Assembly: GCA_038883855.1 (NCBI GenBank)
Contig: JAVZLH010000001.1
Coordinates: 1 to 64,000, forward strand
Reading direction: 5' to 3'
From: Candidatus Bathyarchaeia archaeon
Lineage (GTDB): Archaea > Thermoproteota > Bathyarchaeia > Bathyarchaeales > Bathycorpusculaceae
Length of the DNA: 64,000 nucleotides
The notes below the pieces were generated by a model. The model saw nothing but the letters and a program-made list of their open reading frames with translations. It did no database searches and had not been told where the DNA came from. The position numbers and the translations under genes were made by a program. Of this stretch, positions 38,964 through 49,862 are shown one piece after another; position 1 is the stretch's first letter, and the number at the start of each line of letters is the position of its first letter.

Positions 38964-40799
38964 ATGGTAAACATGGCTTCCGCTGGCAAGTCAAGTTCAG
39001 AACCGCCTATAGAGAAGGCAGTTAAACGTTATTCCTCGCTTTTTTGGCTTCCTTCACTCAGGAAAGTGATAATTCTCCTAGGGTTGATATGCGTATTCAA
39101 CGGGTTGCTTTCGACGGTTGCGCTTTTTAATCAACTGGAAGGAGTTTTTAATGGCTTGATTTTGGGGTTTTCCCTTTTTTCCATCAGTTTAATATCTGAT
39201 TATTTCACTGCAAAAATTCTTCTGCAGCGAAATCCCATTTATACTTTTAGGAGAACTGTTGCAGTTTCCCTTTTTTGCTGGTTTTTCTGGCTAATTTTTA
39301 TTGTAGCTGGTGTTTTCTGCATTTCTGTGTTTGGCGCGCAGTTGTGGCTGATTAAGCTCTGCGTCTTCGGGTTTTACGCCGTCTTAATTTTCCGTTTAAC
39401 AGTTGTAAACGCAACTTTGTCAGCTGGTTATACACGGTGCTTTGCTGTCTCTTTTCTTTCTCCATACCTTTGCATAGTTCCGTTCGTGGTGTTATGGGTG
39501 AAAAGCAGCTACATCACATTTTTGTGGATTTTGCCCTTTCTCCTTCTATCACCAATAATCAGTTTTTCCATAGTTCACGTTTTCCTTTCTCTGATTAACC
39601 GTGTAGGCAAGCAAATGCTGGGTATTCCTTCAATAACTTTTTTCAAGGCTTTTCTGCTGAATTGGGTAGCAGATTTGAATGCTCCTTTTGAAGACTTACT
39701 TGAAAGGCTAAGCGAAGAACAAAGCATAAACGTATCCATAATAAAATTTGCCTCTTCAAAACCTAAAGCCGCTATAATAGTTCCCATGGTTCACCCCGGT
39801 CCTTTCAAAAACATTGGCAGCAGTCTTCTCCCATCGATGTTGAAGAGTGCATTCGAAAAAAACGTCGGTGGTGTTGCGTGTGTTCCTCTTGGTTTGCTTG
39901 GACATGAGCTTGATTTAGCTTCGCAACTTCAGAACCAAAAGATAATCCGCGAGGTTGTGGAGTCTGCGAATTTTAAGACAAAAGAGGTGGGAGCGACACC
40001 CTTCGTTAAAATTAGTATCGGCTTTGCAACTGCGTGCTGTCAAATTTTCGGCAAAACAGCCTTTCTCGCTTTTACTCTTGCACCCAAAACCACGGAAGAC
40101 TTGCCACAAGAACTGGGGCAGTTCATGCGCCAAGAAGCTGAAAAACATGGTCTTTCATGTGTTGTTGTCAACGCCCACAACAGTATTGATAGCGCATTGG
40201 ACATGCAGGAGGTTTTAGGTAGATTAAAGGATGTTGGAGCAAAGTGTTTGGAAAAGGCAGCTTCTTTGAAGCGTTCACCCGTCAGAGTTGGGGCTGCAAC
40301 AATAATTCCTGACGAGTTCAGCCTAAAAGACGGTATGGGTCCAGGCGGCATAACAGCAATTGTAACAGAAGTTGAAGGGATGAAGACAGTTTACGTTGTT
40401 ATTGACGGTAACAACATGCAATCTGGGCTTCGCGAAAAAATCTTGCTTGCACTACGCTCTATTGGTTTTGATGAAGGAGAAATCTTAACAACAGACACGC
40501 ATGCCGTAAGCGCCGTAGTGTTAAAGGGTCGCGGATACCATCCAATCGGCGAAGTAATGGACCATGAAAAACTAATTGATTACATTAAAAAGGCTTCTCT
40601 TTTAGCAATGGAGAATTTAGAAGATTGCAAGACGGGAAGCCGTTTCATAACTGTTGAAAATGTAAAGGTTATTGGGCAATCGAAACTTGATTTATTAGTT
40701 CTAATGCTGGATAGATCTTTTCAAAAAGCGAAAAAGGCAAGTGTCCCGCTTTTTGCTCTCAGCGGTCTTCTTTTTACGTTAATTTTGACAGTGTTTTAA
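38964..40799 (+). CDS. DUF2070-family membrane protein
   Basis: N-terminal TM bundle; VHPGPF, NAHN, IDGNN and TTDTH motifs. Confidence 0.85.
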   Translation: MVNMASAGKSSSEPPIEKAVKRYSSLFWLPSLRKVIILLGLICVFNGLLSTVALFNQLEGVFNGLILGFSLFSISLISDYFTAKILLQRNPIYTFRRTVAVSLFCWFFWLIFIVAGVFCISVFGAQLWLIKLCVFGFYAVLIFRLTVVNATLSAGYTRCFAVSFLSPYLCIVPFVVLWVKSSYITFLWILPFLLLSPIISFSIVHVFLSLINRVGKQMLGIPSITFFKAFLLNWVADLNAPFEDLLERLSEEQSINVSIIKFASSKPKAAIIVPMVHPGPFKNIGSSLLPSMLKSAFEKNVGGVACVPLGLLGHELDLASQLQNQKIIREVVESANFKTKEVGATPFVKISIGFATACCQIFGKTAFLAFTLAPKTTEDLPQELGQFMRQEAEKHGLSCVVVNAHNSIDSALDMQEVLGRLKDVGAKCLEKAASLKRSPVRVGAATIIPDEFSLKDGMGPGGITAIVTEVEGMKTVYVVIDGNNMQSGLREKILLALRSIGFDEGEILTTDTHAVSAVVLKGRGYHPIGEVMDHEKLIDYIKKASLLAMENLEDCKTGSRFITVENVKVIGQSKLDLLVLMLDRSFQKAKKASVPLFALSGLLFTLILTVF

Positions 40800-40853
40800 G
40801 TCAACACTAATAAAGGTTGAATCCCTCAACTTCATTCCTAGTGGAAGTGGAGA

Positions 40854-41414
40854 ATGGTGCTAAGAGAAATCCGAATACATGGCCGCGGCGGTCAGGGAAG
40901 TGTGACAGCAGCGCAGATTTTGGCTCACGCCGCTTTTCTTGAGGGCAAATGGGTTCAAGCGTTTCCTTACTTTGGGGCTGAGCGCCGAGGAGCACCAGTT
41001 AAAGCCTTTGCAAGAATAGATGATAAGCCGATTGTCTTACACAGCCAAATCTATCATCCAGATTATGTGATTGTTCTTGACCCAGTTATTTACGAAGTTG
41101 TTGATGTTACTGAGGGTTTAAAGGAGGATGGAATGGTTTTGATAAATACTGCAAAAAGGCCGTCGGAAATAGGGATTAAGGGTTATAAAGTTGCCACCGT
41201 CGACGCAACCGGGATAGCGCTTGAATTGAACCTCGTTGTTGCGGGCATTCCTATTGTGAACACGTCAATTTTGGGAGCTTTTGCCAAGGCAACGGGTGAA
41301 ATTAAGTTGGAAAGCATTTTAAAAGCCATAAAAGAAACTTTTTTAGGAAGTGCCGGCGAGAAAAACGCAAGGGCAGCCGAACTAGCTTACGAAAGAATGG
41401 TGAAGGGATGGTAA
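40854..41414 (+). CDS. porG: 2-oxoacid:ferredoxin oxidoreductase gamma subunit
   Basis: [11 protein letters not shown] and FGAERRGAP motifs. Confidence 0.92.
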   Translation: MVLREIRIHGRGGQGSVTAAQILAHAAFLEGKWVQAFPYFGAERRGAPVKAFARIDDKPIVLHSQIYHPDYVIVLDPVIYEVVDVTEGLKEDGMVLINTAKRPSEIGIKGYKVATVDATGIALELNLVVAGIPIVNTSILGAFAKATGEIKLESILKAIKETFLGSAGEKNARAAELAYERMVKGW

Positions 41415-41701
41415 TTTTGGCGGATATTACCATAAAATCCGGAAGAGAAATGCCTTTGACACCGCTTTCAACTCCGACACATGGAAGCATGGGTAAAACA
41501 GGTTTTTGGAGAACCTTCCGTCCAGAAATTGATTACTCCAAATGCACAAAATGCACACTTTGCTGGGTTTATTGCCCCGACGCGGCTATAGAACGTCAAC
41601 AAGATGACTCGCCCAAAATAGATTATGACTACTGCAAGGGGTGTGGAATATGCGCCAACGAATGCCCAGTTAAAGCAATAACAATGAAACGGGAGGAATA
41701 G
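41408..41701 (+). CDS. porD: 2-oxoacid:ferredoxin oxidoreductase delta subunit, 2x[4Fe-4S]
   Basis: [10 protein letters not shown]; [12 protein letters not shown] and [12 protein letters not shown]. Confidence 0.92.
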   Translation: MVILADITIKSGREMPLTPLSTPTHGSMGKTGFWRTFRPEIDYSKCTKCTLCWVYCPDAAIERQQDDSPKIDYDYCKGCGICANECPVKAITMKREE

Positions 41702-41703
41702 TA

Positions 41704-42882
41704 ATGGTGCAGACTCTTGTCGATACAGCAAATCACATAGCTGGATACGCTGCAAAAGCAGCTAGAGTTAAGGTTATTGCAGCCTACCCTATAACACCCC
41801 AAACAACAATTGTGGAGAAAATAGCTGAGTTTGTTGAAAACGGCGAGTTGGACGCTGAATATATTTGTGTGGAATCCGAGCACAGCGCCATGGTCGCTTG
41901 CATAGGCGCTGCAGCGGCTGGAGTTAGAACCTTTACTGCAACTTCATCTCACGGGTTAGCGCTTATGCACGAGGCCTTACATTGGGCCTCTGGATCGCGC
42001 CTGCCAATAGTCATGGCCGTCGTCAATAGAGCAATGGGAGCGCCATGGAGTATATGGCCAGACTTTAGCGACTCTCTTTCTCAAAGAGACACTGGGTGGA
42101 TTCAGTTTTATTGTGCTGACAATCAAGAAGTGTTTGACACAATAATCCAAGCTTACAAGCTTTGTGAAGATGAAAAAGTTTTCTTGCCGGCCATGGTTTG
42201 CCTTGAGGGCTTTATTCTTTCGCATACATATTCTCCTGTGAAAATTCCAGATCAAAAAGAGATTGACGATTTTCTGCCTCCCTACAAGTCTGGGTGGATT
42301 TTAGATGTTAACCGTCCGTTGTCTCATGCAAACGGTGTTTCCCCTGAATATTATATGGAGTTTCGCTACATGATTCAAGAAGCGATGGAAAACGCACAGA
42401 GGCTTATTCCCCAAATTGACAAGGAATACGGCAGCCGTTTTGGCTTTGAATATGGAGGCTTAGTTGAAAAATACAGGTGTGAAGACGCCGATTTGCTGCT
42501 CGTTACTATGGGAACTATGGCTGGTGACGCGAAAATAGCTGTAGACAAAATGCGGAAGGAAGGATTGAAAGTTGGGCTGGCTAGAATCCGAGTTTTCCGC
42601 CCATTTCCAGCAGAAGAAATAAGAAAACTTGCCGAGCATGCGCGAATGCTTGTAACAATCGACCGCCACATATCCTTCGGAGGTGAAGGCTTCCTCGCCG
42701 CAGAAACCAAAGCTTCAATCTTCTCCCAAAAAGACCATCTACTGTTTGCAAGCTTCATTGCAGGCTTAGGGGGTAGAGACGTGACTTTTGAAACAATTGA
42801 AAAAATCGCTAGAAAATCGGCAAAGTGGATGCGTGCAGGAAAGGTGGAAAAAGAAACTTCATGGGTTGATTTGAGAAGGTGA
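41704..42882 (+). CDS. porA: 2-oxoacid:ferredoxin oxidoreductase alpha subunit
   Basis: AYPITPQT, ESEHSA and GLGGRD motifs. Confidence 0.92.
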   Translation: MVQTLVDTANHIAGYAAKAARVKVIAAYPITPQTTIVEKIAEFVENGELDAEYICVESEHSAMVACIGAAAAGVRTFTATSSHGLALMHEALHWASGSRLPIVMAVVNRAMGAPWSIWPDFSDSLSQRDTGWIQFYCADNQEVFDTIIQAYKLCEDEKVFLPAMVCLEGFILSHTYSPVKIPDQKEIDDFLPPYKSGWILDVNRPLSHANGVSPEYYMEFRYMIQEAMENAQRLIPQIDKEYGSRFGFEYGGLVEKYRCEDADLLLVTMGTMAGDAKIAVDKMRKEGLKVGLARIRVFRPFPAEEIRKLAEHARMLVTIDRHISFGGEGFLAAETKASIFSQKDHLLFASFIAGLGGRDVTFETIEKIARKSAKWMRAGKVEKETSWVDLRR

Positions 42883-43787
42883 AGAAAATGGTGACAGTAA
42901 AAGATTTTCCTCGAGAGGAATACTTGCTTAAGGGGCACGCTGCATGCGCTGGTTGCGGTCCATCAATTGCCTTAAGATTGCTTTTCAAGGCTTTGGGAAA
43001 CAAAATTATCTTAGTTGTGCCGGCATGTTGCACAACGGTTATTCAAGGACAATATCCCTACACTTCAATCGCTGTGCCTCTTCAGAATATACTGTTTGAA
43101 TCTGCTGCTGCGGCGGCTTCTGGAATAGTTGCGGCGTTACGCAAGAGGGAAATTTGTGATGTAACTGTTGTTGGGTGGGCTGGAGATGGCGGAACCGTTG
43201 ATATCGGTATTCAAGCTTTGTCTGGGGCTGCTGAAAGAGAAACAGACTTCATTTACATATGCTATGATAACGAAGCCTACGGAAATACTGGGATGCAGAG
43301 AAGCGGAGCGACGCCTTATGGCGCTTGGACAACAACCACGCCCTTAGGTAAAAAGGAACGTAAAAAGAATATGCCCATGATTATGGCAGCCCATAAAATA
43401 CCATATGTTGCAACAGCGTGCCCCTCCTATCCAACAGATTTAGTTGCCAAACTGAGGAAAGCCAAAGAAATAAGGGGTACAAAATACATTCACATACTGG
43501 CGCCTTGCCCAACTGGTTGGCGATATGACCCGAGCAAAACGGTTGAAGTTGGACGGCTGGCTGTGCAGACTGGCTTGTGGGCTCTTTACGAAATTGAATA
43601 TGGAAAATTTAGGCTTAATCCCCCAAGCGACCAGCTGCTTGATAAGGTAAAACGTAAACCAGTTGAAGATTACTTTACGTTGCAAGGTAGATTTAGAGGC
43701 TTAACTAAGGAAGACATTGAGCGGATTCAGTATTGGCTTGATGAAGACTGGGAGATGTATCGAAATCTTGCCTTAAGCCAGCGATAA
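42879..43787 (+). CDS. porB: 2-oxoacid:ferredoxin oxidoreductase beta subunit
   Basis: CAGCG; TPP motif GDGG...YDNEAY; PCPTGW. Confidence 0.92.
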   Translation: MKKMVTVKDFPREEYLLKGHAACAGCGPSIALRLLFKALGNKIILVVPACCTTVIQGQYPYTSIAVPLQNILFESAAAAASGIVAALRKREICDVTVVGWAGDGGTVDIGIQALSGAAERETDFIYICYDNEAYGNTGMQRSGATPYGAWTTTTPLGKKERKKNMPMIMAAHKIPYVATACPSYPTDLVAKLRKAKEIRGTKYIHILAPCPTGWRYDPSKTVEVGRLAVQTGLWALYEIEYGKFRLNPPSDQLLDKVKRKPVEDYFTLQGRFRGLTKEDIERIQYWLDEDWEMYRNLALSQR

Positions 43788-43898
43788 CGTGCGTCTAATT
43801 TGTTGTTGCACGGAAAAATATAAGAAGCTAAAAACAGATGATATAACCTACTTAGCAATGCCTGTCTGTCGTTCAATCAAGGAAAAAGGAGGTAGAAT

Positions 43899-44228
43899 AT
43901 GACAGAAGAAAAACCGAAAGAGGGAAGGTCAGCCAAAAATGTACAGCAAGCTCAAGTCGGCGAAACAACAGTGCTTGTCGGCAAAAAGCCAGTGATGAAC
44001 TACGTGATTGCCTGCCTAACATTCTTCAATTCTGGAGCGAAAAAAGTTGTTGTCAAAGCAAGAGGGCGGGCAATCAGCAGAGCCGTTGACACGGTTGAAC
44101 TCTTAAGGAGAGCTTTTCTAAAAGACTTGCAATTACAAGAAATCAACATCTATACAGAAGAAGTCACCCGAAGCGAAGGACAAAAAACCAATGTCTCAGC
44201 AATCGAGATAACTTTAACGCGACCATAG
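43899..44228 (+). CDS. albA: Chromatin protein Alba
   Basis: VLVGKKPVMNYV, KARGRAISRAVD and VSAIEI motifs. Confidence 0.95.
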   Translation: MTEEKPKEGRSAKNVQQAQVGETTVLVGKKPVMNYVIACLTFFNSGAKKVVVKARGRAISRAVDTVELLRRAFLKDLQLQEINIYTEEVTRSEGQKTNVSAIEITLTRP

Positions 44229-44374
44229 ACTTTCACTTTCAACTGACTCCATTCGTAATTCGTTGTCCGTGGTATCTTTGATTATTGAAGTCTCTATATT
44301 CCTATAAGGATTGAGACACAAGCAGTTATATAAAACGTTTCTTGATAACCATTAACTTCATCAAGTGATACAAA

Positions 44375-45712
44375 ATGAGCGCGCACCCAAAAATTGTGGT
44401 TACTCCGCCAGGTCCGAAGGCGAGAGAACTTGTCAGAAAGGACGAGAGTTTGATTTCTCCTTCTTACATAAGATTTTATCCGCTCGTGGTTGAGTCAGGA
44501 AGCGGGTGCATCGTGAAAGATGTGGATGGTAATGAATACATAGACTTTAATTCTGGACTAGCATGTTTAAATGTTGGTCACAACCATCCAAAAGTGATTG
44601 CTGCTATAAAAAGCCAATGTGATCGTTTTTTACATTATTCAAATACAGACTTCTATTATCGCGAGGTCGTCGACCTTGCGGAAAAACTTGTCGAAATAAC
44701 TCCTGGAAAAGTGCAGAAAAAAGTTTTTTTCAGTAACAGCGGGGCTGAAGCCGTTGAAGCAGCAATTAAGTTAGCGAAGTGGCATACCCGCAGACAACTT
44801 TTTATTAGCTTTATCAATGCTTTTCATGGAAGAACTACAGGGGCGTTATCCCTTACTGCGAGTAAACTGGCTCAAAGGCGCTATTTCTTCCCGTTAATGC
44901 CAGGCGTGGTTCATGTTCCATACGCCTATTGTTACCGTTGCCCCTTCAAATTAACTTACCCAGATTGCAACTACTGGTGCGTTGACTTTATCGACGAGTT
45001 TGTTCTGCAAAAGTATACACCTCCAGAAGATGTTGCAGCCTTGATTTTCGAGCCAATTCAAGGTGAAGGCGGGTATGTTGTTCCGCCACCAGAATACTTC
45101 CAGCGGATAAAGAAACTGGCTGACAAATATGGTTTTTTGCTTGTTGATGATGAAGTGCAAGCTGGCATTGGGCGAACGGGGAAGTGGTTTGCAATCGAAT
45201 ATTGGAATGTTGAACCAGATATTTTGTGCAGTGCAAAGGCGTTGGCGTCTGGATTGCCGTTGGGTGCAACTATTGCCAAGGCAAAAATAATGGACTGGAT
45301 TGGTGGTTCCCACGCAAGCACGTTCGGTGGAAACCCCCTATCGTGTGTCGCGGCAAACACAGTTATTGATATCATTAAAGAAGATAAGCTCCTTGAGAAT
45401 GCGACTAAACAGGGAACCTATATTCTCAAGAGGCTTGAAGAATTGAAGGAAGAAAGCGAAATCGTCGGCGACGTTAGGGGGAAGGGCTTAATGATAGGCA
45501 TCGAAATGGTTGAAGACAAGGAAAGCAAAAAACCTGCAGTTAAAAAGGCAAATGAGATAATAATTCGCTCTTGGAAGCGCGGGGTGGTCGTGGTAACCTG
45601 TGGAGTTTCCACAATAAGAATAGCACCACCACTTAATATCACGAGACAGCTTGTCGATACAGCACTGGACATAATAATAGACTGTGTGAAAGAGGTTGAA
45701 AAAGAAACGTAA
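44375..45712 (+). CDS. Class III PLP aminotransferase (4-aminobutyrate/acetylornithine aminotransferase-like)
   Basis: NSGAEAVE, FHGRT, EPIQGEGG, DEVQAG, SAKAL and STFGGNP motifs. Confidence 0.9.
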   Translation: MSAHPKIVVTPPGPKARELVRKDESLISPSYIRFYPLVVESGSGCIVKDVDGNEYIDFNSGLACLNVGHNHPKVIAAIKSQCDRFLHYSNTDFYYREVVDLAEKLVEITPGKVQKKVFFSNSGAEAVEAAIKLAKWHTRRQLFISFINAFHGRTTGALSLTASKLAQRRYFFPLMPGVVHVPYAYCYRCPFKLTYPDCNYWCVDFIDEFVLQKYTPPEDVAALIFEPIQGEGGYVVPPPEYFQRIKKLADKYGFLLVDDEVQAGIGRTGKWFAIEYWNVEPDILCSAKALASGLPLGATIAKAKIMDWIGGSHASTFGGNPLSCVAANTVIDIIKEDKLLENATKQGTYILKRLEELKEESEIVGDVRGKGLMIGIEMVEDKESKKPAVKKANEIIIRSWKRGVVVVTCGVSTIRIAPPLNITRQLVDTALDIIIDCVKEVEKET

Positions 45713-45731
45713 CACTAAATTATGAAGTTAG

Positions 45732-47747
45732 CTACGAAATCTGATGTTCTAAAACGGGATAAATTACTTTTCCAGTTTCCTCTGTTGGAACTAAACCTGG
45801 AGCGCGTTTTTTCAATTCTTCCTTGAATTTTTCAGACCTTAATATTGTCAGGAAGGCTTGTATGGGTTGTTTTTGTAAGCGGTTTTTTTGGATTACAAAA
45901 TCGTATTTCTCGTCTGCTATAGGTATAAAGTCTAATCCGTATCGTTCGGCAACTGCCTTTATCCCTAAACCTACATCTGCTTTCTCATGTAAAACAGCTA
46001 AGGCAACTGACGTGTGAGATTTTGCCTCAAACTGGTATCCATTAATTTTTGCAACAATCTCATTGAAGCTAACTTTCCTTTCTTTCGCTATTTTTTTAAG
46101 GTTCATATCCAACAGTATTCTGGTTCCAGAACCAGGGTTTCTGTTTATGAAGGAGATGTCATTTCGGATTATGTCTTGTAGTTGCGTTATGTCTTTCGGG
46201 TTTCCTTTTGCGACTATTAGGCCTTGCTGGCGGTTATAACCTCGCACTAAAACTGCCTTTTCGTTGACGCCATACCTTTTGAGGAATGGTATGTTGTATT
46301 CTGCTGTCTCCTCATCTAACAAGTGTATCCCCGCGATGTCGGTTTCTCCTCGTCTTATAGCTGCTAAACCTCCTGAAGAACCAACATTGATAACCTTTGA
46401 GGTGATGTTTGGGTTTTCGCTTCGCAGTAACTCTAAAAGTATGTCTATTCCAACGCAGTGGCTTCCAATAATCATAAGGTCCGCTGGCTTCAACTCTGAA
46501 CTAAAAAGCTTAACCCGAACGAGTTCGCCGCTCTCAAGAAATGTTCTGTTTTCCGGTATCTCTATAAACCCATCGGCTTCAGCTAATGTTGTTATTGCCC
46601 CGGACCCGCTGAGAATCGGGTAAGCAGTGTACTCGCCTGTCTCTCCTAAAATAACGTTTACTGGCAAATACTCCCTTCTTCCTTCTTGAAGATAGATTTT
46701 TTCTGCAGTTTTAGCGTGTATAACCACGTTCTCCAACTGCGGTTTCAGCCCAGCCATTTCCCGCAAAACAGGCATGGCAAATATTTGAAATATCGTTAAA
46801 GCAGAGGTCGGGTAGCCGGGAAGCCCAAAAAGAGGCTTTCCATCCACAACGGCTATGATGAGAGGTTTTCCTGGTTTAACTGAAACTCCGTGAACAAGAA
46901 TTCCCGGTTTTCCCAAGTTGTCTATTATCTGGTATAAAAGATCGCCCACCCCGGCGGATGTGCCTCCAGAAGTTATAACCATATCTGCCTTTTGAAGCCC
47001 CTCCCTAAGTTTTCGAGTTATTAATTCTGCGTTATCTTGTACTATGCCTAGAAGAACAGGCTGGCCTCCGTTCTCGATTACAGAGGCATAAATTGAATAA
47101 GAGTTAATGTCGTAGATTTTTCCATATTCCAGAGGCTTACCAGGCTGAACAATCTCGTTTCCAGTTGAGATTATGGCGACAGTCGGTTTTCTAAAGACTT
47201 TAACTTCAGTCACGCCCATAGAAGCTAGAACGCCAATTTCTCTAGGGGTCAAAACAGTTCCTTTTCTGAGGATAAGTTCCCCCGCCATAATGTCTGATCC
47301 GCCGGCCATTATGTTTTCTCCCGGAGAAACAGGCTTAAAAACCCTTAATGTTTTTCCGTCTTGCCAAGTGTGCTCCACCATGACAACGGCGTTTGCGCCT
47401 TTAGGTATGGGTGCGCCTGTCGAAGTTTCTACAGCTTGTCCCTTTTCCACATCGATTTCTGGGCGTTCTCCAGCTCCAACTTTACCCACAATTTCTAAAA
47501 TTACTGGTTTCTCTTCTTCGGCCCCAAAAGTATCTTCTGCGTGCACTGCAAACCCGTCCATTGTTGCTCTGTCAAAGGGCGGTACATCAATTTGTGCTTG
47601 TACGTCTTCTGCTAAAACTCTCCCGTAAGCTTGAGTCAAAGGTATAGATTCTATGCCCACAGGTTTGGGAGTGAACTGCGCATAGAATATTCTTTTTGCC
47701 TCTTCAACGGAAACAAGTTTCCTGAAAACTTTTCTCTTCATTTTCAC
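45732..47747 (-). CDS. moeA: Molybdopterin molybdo/tungstotransferase MoeA fused to a PBP-like domain
   Basis: PPFDRATMDGFA, SGGTSAG and GLPGYP; C-terminal GSHC...GSSGGL...NRNPGSGTR domain. Confidence 0.92.
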   Translation of the reverse strand: MKMKRKVFRKLVSVEEAKRIFYAQFTPKPVGIESIPLTQAYGRVLAEDVQAQIDVPPFDRATMDGFAVHAEDTFGAEEEKPVILEIVGKVGAGERPEIDVEKGQAVETSTGAPIPKGANAVVMVEHTWQDGKTLRVFKPVSPGENIMAGGSDIMAGELILRKGTVLTPREIGVLASMGVTEVKVFRKPTVAIISTGNEIVQPGKPLEYGKIYDINSYSIYASVIENGGQPVLLGIVQDNAELITRKLREGLQKADMVITSGGTSAGVGDLLYQIIDNLGKPGILVHGVSVKPGKPLIIAVVDGKPLFGLPGYPTSALTIFQIFAMPVLREMAGLKPQLENVVIHAKTAEKIYLQEGRREYLPVNVILGETGEYTAYPILSGSGAITTLAEADGFIEIPENRTFLESGELVRVKLFSSELKPADLMIIGSHCVGIDILLELLRSENPNITSKVINVGSSGGLAAIRRGETDIAGIHLLDEETAEYNIPFLKRYGVNEKAVLVRGYNRQQGLIVAKGNPKDITQLQDIIRNDISFINRNPGSGTRILLDMNLKKIAKERKVSFNEIVAKINGYQFEAKSHTSVALAVLHEKADVGLGIKAVAERYGLDFIPIADEKYDFVIQKNRLQKQPIQAFLTILRSEKFKEELKKRAPGLVPTEETGKVIYPVLEHQIS

Positions 47748-49015
47748 TCCTCCAAAGTTCTTAAAAGAATCACCTCAACTTCTTCGCCTTCTTCGATCCC
47801 TTCCTTTTCTTCCGGGATTACCACCAGACCGTTGGCTTTAACCATTGATGATATAATCCCCGCGCCTCTAGTCCTAACAAGGTCTGCGACATACCCCTCA
47901 TCCATCTTTTTAACGATAACCCTTACAAAATCCCTCACTCCAGGACTTGAGAGCACTCTTCTAGCCATTACCGCCTTAACAACATGTCCTGGAGGCTTTC
48001 CCACGGACGTGCCGAGCATCTTTGATATGAGCGGCTTGGCGAAAGTGTTGAAAGCCATCATGTTTGACACGGGATATCCAGGTAAAAGAATGACTGGTTT
48101 GCCGTTGACTGCTGCGAGCGCTGTTGGCTTTCCAGGTCTCATAGCTATTCCATGAATTACTACACCTGGTTTTCCAAGGGAGTTAACTACTTCAGGAGCG
48201 AGGTCTCTTTCACCCACGGATGTGCCGCCGCTCACTAACACTAAATCCGCTTTTGCCAATCCCTCAGATATTCGGGATTTTATTTCAGTTATATCGTCTT
48301 TAGCTATGCCTAGATCTAAAGGTTCTCCGCCTGCGTCTTTTACAGCGGCAAAGAGGAAAAATCGATTTGAGTCTATTGTTTTGCTCATGGCGACTTCATG
48401 TTTTGGTTCGACAAGCTCGTTTCCAGTAGATAATATGGCGACTCTTGGTTTACGCACAACCTTAACATCGACTTTTCCTATCGCTGCAAGTATCGCGATA
48501 TCTTGCGGCTGAAGAACTGTTCCCTTGCTTAACACTTTTTCACCTTTTTTAACATCTTCCCCCTTTTGTGAAACATTCTCTCCAGGCGTTGTTGGTCGAT
48601 AAATCTCAATCTTGTTGTCGCCGATGATCTCCGTGTACTCGAGCATTACAACAGAATCTGCACCCTTTGGAATCGGTGCTCCCGTGGCGACTCTGGCAGC
48701 CTTCTGCCCATCAACGATGACTGCTGGTGTTTGTCCAACTTCCACAGCGCCTACTATGTCAAAAACTATGGGGTTCGTCGGCGAAGCCCCAAAAGTGTCG
48801 TGAGACCTTACAGCGTAACCATCCACGGCGGATCTATCAAAGTGTGGGATGTCGGTTTCAGACACGACATCTTCAGCTAAAACTCTGCCTAAAGCTTCGG
48901 TTATGTGGGTTTTTTCCGCTTGAAGAACTTCTATCTTAACCTCTTTAAGGTATTTCCTCAGCGCTTCCTCAACCGATGTCTGTTCACTAAATCCTCTTGC
49001 TTTGACCTCTTTCAT
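47744..49015 (-). CDS. moeA: Molybdopterin molybdotransferase MoeA, second paralog
   Basis: FDRSAVDGYA, ATGAPIP, SGGTSVG and LPGYP motifs; likely ATG at 49015. Confidence 0.92.
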   Translation of the reverse strand: MKEVKARGFSEQTSVEEALRKYLKEVKIEVLQAEKTHITEALGRVLAEDVVSETDIPHFDRSAVDGYAVRSHDTFGASPTNPIVFDIVGAVEVGQTPAVIVDGQKAARVATGAPIPKGADSVVMLEYTEIIGDNKIEIYRPTTPGENVSQKGEDVKKGEKVLSKGTVLQPQDIAILAAIGKVDVKVVRKPRVAILSTGNELVEPKHEVAMSKTIDSNRFFLFAAVKDAGGEPLDLGIAKDDITEIKSRISEGLAKADLVLVSGGTSVGERDLAPEVVNSLGKPGVVIHGIAMRPGKPTALAAVNGKPVILLPGYPVSNMMAFNTFAKPLISKMLGTSVGKPPGHVVKAVMARRVLSSPGVRDFVRVIVKKMDEGYVADLVRTRGAGIISSMVKANGLVVIPEEKEGIEEGEEVEVILLRTLEE

Positions 49016-49419
49016 GTTTTCCCTCCATAATTTGTCTGAATCGCTTTCAGAAATTCCTTGTAATCCGTTGGTTCCTCCCAGGTGCCTGTCCACTCTTCAG
49101 TTGGAATTAAAGTGATTGTCACCCTTTCTGGGAGTTCATTTTTCAAATTTTCTCTTACACTGAATATTTTACCATTTTGCTCATAATCTGTTGCTGTCAC
49201 TTGCTGGTAAAACCTCTTTTTGGTAGGGTTATAAATCGCATGAAGAAAACTTCCACAATCGTATACAAAAAAGTTTTCTATATCCCATATTGCCTTGTTT
49301 ACCGCTATGATTGCGTCTAGAATGTTTGCCTTATTGTTTAACATTAAATTCGGTTCATGACTTATGAGCTTGTTAATCATGGTTGATGAAGAACCAGTTT
49401 TATCTTTTTCACTAGTCAT
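49012..49419 (-). CDS. Hypothetical protein coupled to moeA
   Basis: 135-aa ORF whose stop overlaps the moeA start (ATGA). Confidence 0.6.
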   Translation of the reverse strand: MTSEKDKTGSSSTMINKLISHEPNLMLNNKANILDAIIAVNKAIWDIENFFVYDCGSFLHAIYNPTKKRFYQQVTATDYEQNGKIFSVRENLKNELPERVTITLIPTEEWTGTWEEPTDYKEFLKAIQTNYGGKT

Positions 49420-49499
49420 CTAGTAAAATCTTACAGGTCTAAAATATATGCGTTATTAGGGGCAAAAGAGAACCACTTCTCTTCTTTTTTGGGCTCTTA

Positions 49500-49800
49500 T
49501 ACCTAGAACACTACTAACATTATGGATAAAAGCTGCCGTCAGAAAGAAGACTGTGGCAATGAATAAGCTATTCGCATACCCATTTCTGGTCACATAGTTT
49601 ATAACGAGCAAAAAGGCATCGACTGGAGCCAGAGTTGTGCGATGCTTAAAATTTTAGGTATGGCGAACCATATTCTTCGCTTTTCATACGAGGCTGAATC
49701 TGTTATAAGTGCCGTAAGTACTGGCCTTATAAGAGGCATAGGTTTTGTATCACGGCACAAACAATGTGAAGCCATAAAACCATAGGAAATTGCCACGCCA
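49500..49800 (-). pseudogene. Degraded MFS transporter fragment
   Basis: Broken frames read RPVLTALITDSASYEKR..WFAI, then TTLAPV, MGMRIAYS and VFFLTAA, resembling the TM4-TM6 region of MFS transporters. Confidence 0.5.
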
Positions 49801-49862
49801 CTCTTGGAGTTGAAGCAAGCTAATGTCTTCCATACTTGTCTGCTCAGTAAATAAAAATAATG

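Noticed and set aside
44290-44320. Hairpin GTCTC...GAGAC followed by ACA, possible H/ACA RNA
   Set aside because: Too short, with no K-turn or K-loop and no adequate pseudouridylation pocket
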